Shown here: positions 27,606 to 39,600 of the stretch, in pieces | How positions within the stretch are numbered: position 1 is the first letter of the stretch | Layout of the letters: the number at the start of each line of letters is the position of its first letter | Assembly (NCBI GenBank): GCA_964016885.1 | Contig: OZ024747.1 | Location: 620,001-684,000 of the forward strand | Direction of reading: 5' to 3' | Length of the DNA stretch: 64,000 nucleotides | From: Eledone cirrhosa | Lineage: Eukaryota | Position numbers and translations under genes: made by a program | Notes under the pieces: model-generated | What the model saw: only the letters and a program-made list of their open reading frames with translations | Told to the model about the DNA's origin: nothing | Databases searched by the model: none

Positions 27606-30600
27606 ATATATGTCTGAGTTTATGTATGTATATTGCAACAAGTGGTGGAGAGATGCTGTGCTGTATAGGGCCCGTCCAACTCTTGCAAGCAGGGAAAAGC
27701 AGACTTAAAATGATGATCGTTTAGTATGAATAGGAGATGAAAATATTTGGTGTCTCATCAGATTAGTTGAGTTGAAAACTTTTTTTTCTATTAATCAAGG
27801 TACATAACTCTGCATATGTATCTGTTAGAGGTAAGAAGGGTGACACCTGTGATGTTTTTTTAGCTTCTGTAATTGTCGAGAAGAAAGGAAATGACCCTCA
27901 TACAGGAAACTGTGGAGTTTGTTACAGGCACCCATGTGGGGCTGTTAAATCACCCAATATGTTTTACTCAATAGTATTTAGTTATTCAATAACATAAGGC
28001 AGCAAATTGGCAGAGTTGTTAGGACGTTGGACAGAATGCTTTGCGGTATTCTTTTTGGTTCTCTGTTCTCTGAACTCAAATCCTATCAAAGTCAACTTTG
28101 CTTTTCATCCATTGAAGATTGATAAAAAAGTACCAGTCAAGTACTTGGGTCAATTTTTCCGCTATATCTCTTTCTCATTTCTATTCCCTCACTCTCTACC
28201 TTTCTATGGAAGAAATCTGCTGTATTCAGACCTGGTGAGGAGATGGGCTCTGCCAGGTTTAAGAATGCCCTAGAAATGTTGTATGTCAATATAGCACCCC
28301 TCCCACTCCCTCAGGAGTTACGGGACTATACATAAATTCAATAATAAAGCAATTGCTCCAGTAATCTCATCTCTCCTAACATGTTAGTAGTCCTTTCCAG
28401 CTATGATTGAAAAGATCTATGATCAAAGGCATTCCAGACGTGACCATAGCATCTTTTTTTGCAGGCATAGTATATCTAGGACTATGTTATACAATGTCCT
28501 TAGGTTTTTATTTTAAAGACTGTAGAGCAGAGGTTTTCAAACTGTTGCAACATTTATTGATGTCATGTCACCTATAATTTCCAGGTGTCTCATTAAATTA
28601 AGCCAACTCTGATATTTTTGTATAATATTGAGACCTGACAACATTACATTACTCTATATTTTCTATTGTATTTTCATTGTAAAACACTTTATTTCACATA
28701 ATATCGAATCTACGAGATTTTGATGTTACTTATTTTGAGAACAACACCTTAACATCAGTATGAGTAACCAGTTATGGCCGGTTTGAACAGAAAGAGAGAA
28801 TTCTGGCCAGATGTGGCCGGTTTAAAAGATAAAGCGTTAAACATTTGATTAGTGACATGCATGTCACATGATTTGTTATTTATCTTACTAGCAGAAAAAC
28901 CACCCTTCGGGTGGTTTTCTGCTAGCATGTGATGTGTAGTGTGTATATTGATATTATACATGTAGATATGATACATCAAATAAAATCGTAATTGACAATA
29001 TACACAGAAATTGAACGAAGACTGCGTTACACTGTCTTATGTAATCAGTAACGTAATCCATGATACATTAAAAAAAGACGATATATATAAACTGCATTAG
29101 GAGAAAATTAGTGTTTATTTAGGCGATCGCCAACCGGAAGTGTTGACATTTCAGAAATTTTAAAGAAGTGAATCTTTAAATAAACAAAATATATTTAATC
29201 ATCAGCCACAAAATTTAGTAGATAAATTATGTAATATTCATTCATTATTTATTCAAAGTAATCCAACTTATTTTACTAATGGGATAAAAATTATAAACCG
29301 TATGCAGTCCCGCACTCCTCCATTTATTATAGTTTAGATTGATTTTATGTTGCTAATAAAACATCATTACTGGGGGCACCTCTCTGAGGGTCCTGTCATT
29401 TTTTGTAATACATTCAAGTAAAGTGTTTTCTTTTTTGTTATAGAGATCGGAACTTTCCACCAAAAGATTTTGACATACAGAGAGGTAATCGACATCCAAA
29501 CGAGAGATTCCAACAAAGAGATTTCCTTCCACCATATGGTGAGACAATTGACTATGCACATCGACCAGCCAGAGAAGTGTTTGAATCTGATTCAGGTAAA
29601 CAGCCTCTTCATGTACTCATCATCATCATCATGTTATTTGTGCCGATGTCTTTTCCTCTACAAAAAGTTTGTTTCATTAGAAGTAACAGCAGATATGTCA
29701 TTAACCTAGAGAAGGAAGATGCAGAGAAGGTTGGGTGAATCCACACTGGAATCATGTACACATTATAAAATGATACTGTTTTACATCTAACACATAACTT
29801 GTTAGAAAAATGGGAGGATTATCAGCAGATAACATTTTTTTTAATAGAGGGACAGGTACTTTCAGGGCTTTTTTTTTTTTTATATAGTTATATCTCATTT
29901 AATTTCTTCTGTAACTAGACTTATTCCTCTTGGCTTCTTTGTTTTTTACAGACATGGCAAGGAACAAACCACCGGCTGTCTTTGACTATGGTCACAAACA
30001 TGCAAACTATTTAGGTCGATCAGAACCTTCACAAGGTATTGCTCTACTCTATTGTGTGCCTTTCAAAATTGATTTATATATATTTATTTATTCATTGATT
30101 TGTATATACATTTTTTTTCTAAATTAATTGACAGTGTTTAGGTGGGAGTAACTGATGAAGATATAAGAAAAAATTGTGATCGTTTCAGATATATACTAGA
30201 TAGTGTAGCGAAATGAGAGTAATAGTTTAGATGTGTACTGTCTGTGTGTGTGTGAGAGACGTTTAGCAGTATTATGGGAAATAACTAACCAAGCGAACCA
30301 GATGACAATATAACTATTGCCAGGTTAACTTGGTTGATAAAATAAAGTGTTTATGGCAGTGGGTTGGCCGAATTATTAGTGTTAGAAGAGATACCTTGTG
30401 TTTGTGGCCTACTTGGGTGGTAGAATACATCCATTGTCTGCTTTAGGTACCTTTAGCTAAGTCCCCTTTGTTTGAAGCAGTTGAACCAGTTGTTAGCTTT
30501 GAAGACACCTCGCTCCCTTCCAGCAGTCTAGGAGGCACTGAAAGGGGTCATGAACACAGCCCTTCCCTCCATGACTAAGCAGTGAAAAAAGAGAAAGAAA

Positions 30601-33600
30601 AAATCCAATAGTTAGGGTGATTGTAAAGTCTAATTCCCAGACTGGGGGTGCATTGTGTTCCTGAGCAAAGAATTTCTATTTTGTGCTGCTCTAGTTCCAT
30701 CCACTGAAAAATGAGTATCCATAGCAGCTGGGATTAATCCTATGATAGACTGACATCCCATCTAAGAGAGGGTCTTGTACTCTCAGTTGTTTAATGTTGC
30801 ATGAAACTGTGATAGAGCCTGATAAACCCCGATGCTCAAGAAAGACTTTAACAATTTAACAGCTCTGAATGAGCAGACCTATGTTCACAAGCATTCTAGT
30901 TGTGACAATAGTATTGAAACATTCTATCTGAGATAGTAGTCTGATTTGAGAAAGATTAGATGTTATTTCTAGCAGGTCGAGCAATCACATGCAGGCTACT
31001 TTATTAGTTACAGATAGTAGTTAAAATGAAAATGGTTCCAACTGAGTGATGAAATAACTTACCAAGACTACTCTGAGAATAATTGATTTCTTAACACAGT
31101 TGATATTTTATAGAAAAGTAGTTAACTCAGTTGATACCAAACTGCCTGAACCCCTATCCCTTTGGTTTTATCATATCAAACTGCTTGAAATCCCTCTGAT
31201 TTTATCATACCAAACTGCTTGAAACCCCTCCTGGTTTTATCATACAAACTGCCTGAAATCCCTCTGGTTTTATCATACCAAATTGCTTGAAACTCCTCCT
31301 GGTTTTATCATACCAAACTGCTTGAAACCTCTCCTGGTTTTATCATACCAAACTGCTTGAAACCCCTCTGGTTTTATCATACCAAACTGCTTGAAGCCCC
31401 TCCTGGTTTTATCATACCAAACTGCTTGAAACCCCTCCTGGTTTTATCATACCAAACTGCTGGAAACCCCTCCTGGTTTTATCATACCAAACTGCTTGAA
31501 ACCCCTCCTGGTTTTATCATACTAAACTGCTTGAAATTCCTGGTTTTATCATACCAAACTGCTTGAAAATCCTCTGGTTTTATCATACTAAACTACTTGA
31601 AACTCCTCTGGTTTTATCATACCAAACTGCTTGAAACCCCTCCTGGTTTTATCATACCAAACTGCTTGAAACCCCTCCTGGTTTTATCATACCAAACTGC
31701 TTGAAGCCCCTCCTGGTTTTATCATACCAAACTGCTTGAAACCCCTCCTGGTTTTATCATACCAAACTGCTGGAAACCCCTCCTGGTTTTATCATACCAA
31801 ACTGCTTGAAACCCCTCCTGGTTTTATCATACTAAACTGCTTAAAATTCCTGGTTTTATCATACCAAACTGCTTGAAACTCCTCTGGTTTTATCATACCA
31901 AACTGCTTGAAACTCCTCTGGTTTTATCATACTAAACTGCTTGAAACTCCTCTGGTTTTATCATACCAAACTGCTTGAAACTCTGGTTTTATCATACCAA
32001 ACTGCTTGAAACCCCCTCCTGGTTTTATCATACCAAACTGCTTGAAAATCCTCTGGTTTTATCATACTAAACTGCTTGAAACTCCTCTGGTTTTATCATA
32101 CCAAACTGCTTGAAACTTCTCTGGTTTTATCATACCAAACTGCTTGAAACCCCTCCTGGTTTTATCATACCAAACTGCTTGAAACCCCTCCTGGTTTTAT
32201 CATACCAAACTGCTTGAAACCCCTCCTGGTTTTATCATCCCAAACTGCTTGAAACTCCTCTGGTTTTATCATACCAAACTGCTTGAAACTCCTCTGGTTT
32301 TATCATACCAAACTGCTTGAAACCCCTCCTGGTTTTATCATACCAAACTGCTTGAAACCCCTCCTGGTTTTATCATACCAAACTGCTTGAAACCCCTCCT
32401 GGTTTTATCATACCAAACTGCTTGAAACTCCTCTGGTTTTATCATACCAAACTGCTTGAAACTCCTCTGATTTTATCATACCAAACTGCTTGAAACCCCT
32501 CCTGGTTTTATCATACAAACTGCCTGAAATCCCTCTGGTTTTATCATACCAAATTGCTTGAAACTCCTCCTGGTTTTATCATACCAAACTGCTTGAAACC
32601 CCTCCTGGTTTTATCATACCAAACTGCTTGAAACCCCTCTGGTTTTATCATACCAAATTGCTTGAAGCCCCTCCTGGTTTTATCATACCAAACTGCTTGA
32701 AACCCCTCCTGGTTTTATCATACCAAACTGCTGGAAACCCCTCCTGGTTTTATCATACCAAACTGCTTGAAACCCCTCCTGGTTTTATCATACTAAACTG
32801 CTTGAAATTCCTGGTTTTATCATACCAAACTGCTTGAAACTCCTCTGGTTTTATCATACTAAACTACTTGAAACTCCTCTGGTTTTATCATACCAAACTG
32901 CTTGAAACTCCTCTGGTTTTATCATACCAAACTGCTTGAAACCCCTCCTGGTTTTATCATACCAAACTGCTTGAAACCCCTCTGGTTTTATCATACCAAA
33001 CTGCTTGAAGCCCCTCCTGGTTTTATCATACCAAACTGCTTGAAACCCCTCCTGGTTTTATCATACCAAACTGCTGGAAACCCCTCCTGGTTTTATCATA
33101 CCAAACTGCTTGAAACCCCTCCTGGTTTTATCATACTAAACTGCTTGAAATTCCTGGTTTTATCATACCAAACTGCTTGAAACTCCTCTGGTTTTATCAT
33201 ACTAAACTACTTGAAACTCCTCTGGTTTTATCATACCAAACTGCTTGAAACTCCTCTGGTTTTATCATACCAAACTGCTTGAAACCCCTCCTGGTTTTAT
33301 CATACCAAACTGCTTGAAACCCCTCCTGGTTTTATCATACCAAACTGCTTGAAACCCCTCCTGGTTTTATCATACCAAACTGCTTGAAAATCCTCTGGTT
33401 TTATCATACCAAACTGCTTGAAAATCCTCTGGTTTTATCATACCAAACTGCTGGAAACCCCTCCTGGTTTTATCATACCAAACTGCTTGAAACCCCTCCT
33501 GGTTTTATCATACTAAACTGCTTGAAATTCCTGGTTTTATCATACCAAACTGCTTGAAACTCCTCTGGTTTTATCATACCGAACTGCTTGAAACTCCTCT

Positions 33601-36600
33601 GGTTTTATCATACTAAACTGCTTGAAACTCCTCTGGTTTTATCATACCAAACTGCTTGAAACTCTGGTTTTATCATACCAAACTGCTTGAAACCCCTCCT
33701 GGTTTTATCATACCAAACTGCTTGAAATACCAAACTGCTTGAAACCCCTCCTGGTTTTATCATACCAAACTGCTTGAAAATCCTCTGGTTTTATCATACT
33801 AAACTGCTTGAAACTCCTCTGGTTTTATCATACCAAACTGCTTGAAACTCCTCTGGTTTTATCATACCAAACTGCTTGAAACCCCTCCTGGTTTTATCAT
33901 ACCAAACTGCTTGAAACCCCTCCTGGTTTTATCATACCAAACTGCTTGAAACTCCTCTGGTTTTATCATACCAAACTGCTTGAAACTCTGGTTTTATCAT
34001 ACCAAACTGCTTGAAACTCCTCTGGTTTTATCATACCAAACTGCTTGAAACCCCTCCTGGTTTTATCATACCAAACTGCTTGAAACCCCTCCTGGTTTTA
34101 TCATACCAAACTGCTTGAAACCCCTCCTGGTTTTATCATACCAAACTGCTTGAAACTCCTCTGGTCTTCCTCTCCTGCAGCTTACTTCCACTAGGATTAT
34201 TCAGTTATGTAATTTTATGTTCTTTATTTTCTCATCATTGCAGACATGGACTTCCAAGGGAACAAGAACTTAGCGCAGGACCATGTGGGAGGTGACCGAG
34301 GGAGGATGTTTTCTGAAAATGAACATGGCCCTTTTCAAGGGAATTGGCTTAGGGATGGAGATAGGCAACGCAACTGCGATAAAGAAGACATGATGCGAGA
34401 TATGCGCAACAGGAAGAGAGACATTGACTTAAGAGATCGTGGCCGTCCAGTTGGTCATGACAACCGAGAGAGAGAGCGACTACGGGAGCGAGAGAAGTTC
34501 CGTGACGGTCAGTGTGACAGAGAGGCTTATTTAAGAGGAAGGGAACGTATGGATGATGAAGATAAGTGGTCTGACCGTAAGCATGAGGAAAGAAAATTTG
34601 AGCGGGACTGCCGAGGAAGGTTAGTGCTGGGTTTAGTTTCTCTTACTTTATATCAATAGGTCTGAAAAGTCTGTTTTATGGTGTTCACATATCTTTTCTG
34701 GCTTTGTGTTTATATAAAAAATAATCCTTATTGATTTTGTTTATACCCAGGTAAGCCCTGATCAAAAGCATTCTCGCCATGACCATCCAATCGTTTTGAG
34801 ATGCCTTATCAATCACTATATTATCTTATGTATCCTCACTTTTTTTTGACGTGGTATGGTGGGATCTGAGATTTGGTTATTTATACCATTTAGAACATTG
34901 CTTCAATGGCTTCTCTTAACTCAATTATTTTAGTTCACATATTTTTAGTGGAAGACATTGACTATATATTGATAATTTAGAGGCATTTAGTATCATAACA
35001 AACTTTCTCATTATTAAGCTGCTGTTTAGAATATAACAAAAGTACATACATAAAATTATGATGGAAGGTTTTTAGATAAATATACTTTAGAATGAACAGT
35101 TTTGCATCATAGAACCAGGAATGGTTTGAGGTAGTTTGATATTCAGAGGGTTAATTGGTTGTGGCCTTCTGGCTATCTTAGAAGTTCTCATTACATTTAT
35201 AGAATTTCATATTGATGTGAAATTTGAGGCCTTGTTGGTGCTGATATCCGTTGTTCTTGCCATCCCACTGACTCCATATTTCATCTGTATGTTCTGCATT
35301 TAGAATCATTCTCTTTTCCTTTTATACTCTTCATTTAGATACAATAGCCCAAACAGAGGTTACCATAATACAGAACCTCCACACATACGCGACGCATTCC
35401 CCAAATCCCAGCTTCCCACACAGCCTGAAGCAAAAGCTGAAGTTGTATCTGCTGATGACCTGTTGTGTAAGCCGGGACGAGATAAACGTCCACATCAAGT
35501 GGTGGTGATAATAAGAGGTTTACCAGGCTCGGGTAAAACTTACGTTAGTAAATTAATCAGAGTAAGTATCTTATAAATACACATACACCTCATCTTAATT
35601 CTGGCAGTTTTTATTTGAAATGTTAACTTTTGTAAGATATGAAGTATTGTCTGAAGTGACAGAGAGAGAGAGAGAGAGATGTTGGTGGCAGTAAGTGCAG
35701 AAGACAGTTAAATCACAGGCTGAAATATAAGATATATGCTGCTTTAATACAAAACATTGTAGTATATAGCTACAGCCCTTTATGTTCTGAGGTTAGCTTT
35801 GCCTTTCATACTTATGGGGGAGATAGAATAAAGTATCAGTACTGGGGTTGATTTAATTGACTCCCCCTCCTCTTCAAATTGATGGCCTTGTGCCAAATAT
35901 AGAAACAATTATTATTTTAAATATTTTATTGCAACTGCAAATCATCATCATCATTTAACATCCATCTTTCCATGCTAGCATGGGTTAGATGAGTTGTCCT
36001 GTTGTGAGACAAGTCAGATCAGATGACTGTTCCTTGCTTATACAGGAAGTTACAAACTATTTATGAAAAGCATCATGTGATCTATGAAACCAAAATATTA
36101 TGAACACAGAGGTGGGATTTATATACAAGTATATATATATATATATATATTTATGTGTGTGTGTGTGTGTGTGTGTGTGGATATATATCTATATATACAC
36201 ACAAACTCACCCTGTAGCATTTGAGGATTAACTACAAGAGAAGCTGCCAATACAAATGTGAACCAACCTACTCTGACAAGTTTATTGGAATATACTGTTT
36301 AATTTTTCTAGGACAAAGAAACCAATAATGGTGGAGCTGCCCCCAGAATGTTGTGTATGGATGACTACTTCATGGTGGAAGTTGAGAAAGTCCAAAAAGA
36401 TTCTGAGTCAAACAAAATGATTAAAAAGAAAGTAAGGAGACAAAAATATTTTATACTCAGTTGTAATCTCAAACTTGTTCTTTTTGTGTTTTGCTATCAT
36501 AAGAGATAAAGAAGCAGCATATTTAACTTTTATGATAAATGCTGCCTAATATCCACATTTTTCCCCTTTCATCTTATTCTTTAGTATTTATTTAAGTGTG

Positions 36601-39600
36601 CACATTTGCTTATTTACTTTATTTACTATTTTCTTCGTGACAAAATGATTAATCCTTGTTTTACTTTTGTCTTTTTCCTTGTATTATCAACTTCAGTTTA
36701 GTCTGCCTTTATGGTGATACTGAATTTCACAAACCTCCCAAAATTCACAATGGTTCAAATAATGTATCTTGTTGGTTGTGTGATTGATATGTGTGGATGT
36801 GATCAATGTTAGGGAAGTGATTTACCCAAATTTTCTGGTGATATGCTTTGTTTTATATAATACCTGGACTTATTTTCGTACCTTAGCAAATTTCACCAAT
36901 TGTTGGTTAATATGCTACATATGTTTTGTATCACTTCTAGGTCCTACAATATGAGTATGAGCCTGATCTTGAAGAGACATATAGGCAGAGTATTCTGAAA
37001 AACTTCAAAAAGACAATTGATGATGGTTTTTTCCCATTCATAATTTATGACAGTGTTAATGAGAAAGTAAGGCATTTTGAAGAATTCTGGAGCTATGCAA
37101 AATCCAAAGGATTTCAGGTTAGATAGTTTTTGTTATTTTTGTTGTTAATGTTATTATAGTTACAAGTTTGCTTTAACTTCCAAGTATTTTTGTTTTAACC
37201 CTTTCGTTACCATATTTCTAACCAAAATACACCCCTTATGTGTTTCAATTAATTTCTAACATAATCATAAATTTAGTCTGGTTTCATTAAACAACTCTAA
37301 CTTTTTTATTTATCAACATATTAATGTGATTTTTTAAAGAAAATTTAACAAAAGGTTCTCAACCAATTCTATTCCATAATTTTTGTCTCAAAATGACTCT
37401 AATTACAGGTAAATACAGGTAAATTTAACAAAATATGAAATTATTTAAATTTTGTTCAAACATCGCTATAGAAAATGGGTTATTAGTTAATATTCAATTG
37501 GTATACAACAAAATTTTACTATAGAAGAGTTGTGCACATTACTGGATTTATCAGGTGAATTTAAACAAAAAGACAGGTGTACCATAAAGGTATAAATAAA
37601 ACAAAAGACTGGAATTTGTCTGTGAAGAAAACTAGAAAACAAAATACACACACACCATCAACTAGATTAAATAAGCTCTCCCACATACATAGATATGCAG
37701 AAATATACAATAATGATTTACAAAAGAAATTAATCAAAACTCGTCACTCACCTTACAGGTAAATTAAAATTACACATAAAGAAAAAGAAAAACGAAGTAA
37801 ATTTGAAAATATTAATAAAATAAAATCACACATATATACAAATCAAACAATATTCCTATCATGAAAACTTGTAAAGCACCCTGCTCTACATAATGCAACC
37901 TTGCAGAATGCACATTGGAAAGTTGTTTCAACAGACCTTCCACTAGGAGCTTTCCTTTTTTGATGAAGGCATTCACGACACTGCTTTTTGCGACCCTCGA
38001 TTTTTTTTTTTTTTTCTTTCTTTCTTTTTTTTCTTCTTTTTTCTTTTTTTTTTCTAATTTATGGCGATCGGCTGAATTCAGAGGGATATCCCTCTGGCAG
38101 GCTTTGTTTTTTTCTTCCTACAGTTATTTTTTTTGAGGAATAACCAGCTTTTAATTGTGTTGCTATATCTGCTCGGAACTGCAGATGGTCGTATCGCTTT
38201 CGAGCTGGTCCCGATTTGGTATATAGTATAAACGCATTAGTAATACTCATATTTACTATATACTAAACAAGATATCCCCACCATTTATTCCCCGATCTGC
38301 CAACTGGATAATAAGACATCATCTGATTCATCCAATCTACACCACCCATGTACCTGTTATAATCGAGATTCACAAATGGGGTGCCATTTTCATCCACATG
38401 TGGCCGTGCACAGGTGGACAGAAAATTGATCTGCCTCTTATCTCTGTATGCAGTCGCTAGCAAATTTCCTTTCTGCCGTTGAATTATTTCACCTTTTTTT
38501 TTAAATTTTGCTTTTTTTATATCCAATGGCAGTCCTTTTCTATTAGCGATCACTGTAGCACATGTATGTGTTGCCACAGTATCTAAATTCTCCGCAAGTT
38601 TGACCGAACTGAAAAACCGGTAAAAAAATAATATACGGCCCTGGTTATGGTATGGAAGTGATAAATTCCAGACCACATCATACCCTAGGCCATGCTGACT
38701 TACATAATTGTCTCTTTTGCTAGTATAAAATTCAAATCCAGAGCAGTACCCAGTATTCGATTCGCAAATCTTCCAAACTTTGAAACCCCATTTTGTGGGC
38801 TTTCCTGGCATATATTGTCGAAAACGCACTCGGCCTTTATAGCCCACCATACCCTCATCGATAGATAAATATCTCCCTGGTTTGTAAACTGTTTTATATG
38901 TGTTTTGAACACAATCAATGAGGGGTCTTATTTTAAATAAGGGATCATAGTTTGGTTCGCCACGTACTACTCGTGTCTCTTACATGTAAATATTGCGTCA
39001 ATTTTAAAAACCGTGTCCTCGTCATTATACTTGAGACATATTCGTCTCCAAAGGGTTCATCGCTACTCCAGTAATTTGTAATTCTGGGTAGCTTTCTAAT
39101 GCCCATAATAATATTTATGGCAAAATAAGCTCTAATTTCATTTAAGCTTGTGGGAAACCACAAACTATCCTTTTTTTCGCTTTGTTTACTTTCAGCGTAA
39201 CGGTTTGTTTCCGCCGTAATGATTTCAAACAAGCTCATAGGAAAAAGTAAAAGGAAATAGTCTAAAGCTTTGTTCTCCTGGGATAGACTGTGACTTGGTC
39301 CAGTTTCTTCACAAAAATCACTGAAAGAAACAGTTTTTAAATTTTTAATCCATTCAGGTGCCAATTCATTTTCTTTATCGCTGTCATCGGAGCTCTCGGA
39401 TTCACTGTTTTCATCATCATCATCATCATCAACGTTTAACGTCCGTGTTCCACGCTTGCATGGGTTTGGACGGGGGTATTCCCACTTGAGGCAAGAGTGA
39501 TTGTCTTGCTCGCATAGGACTGTCTGGCAGGTTTTCTACAGTTGGATGCCCTTCCTAACACCAACCACATTTACAGTGTGGGTCTGGGAGGTTTTTACCG

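Noticed and set aside
31134-34165. CRISPR-like array, or the repeated short ORFs
   Set aside because: Units abut without unique spacers, there are no cas genes, and the context is a eukaryotic intron; the ORFs are repeat read-through
37850-39400. Domesticated PGBD gene or YLPM1-transposase fusion
   Set aside because: Antisense to the host gene, frameshifted, catalytic Asp lost, TIRs retained
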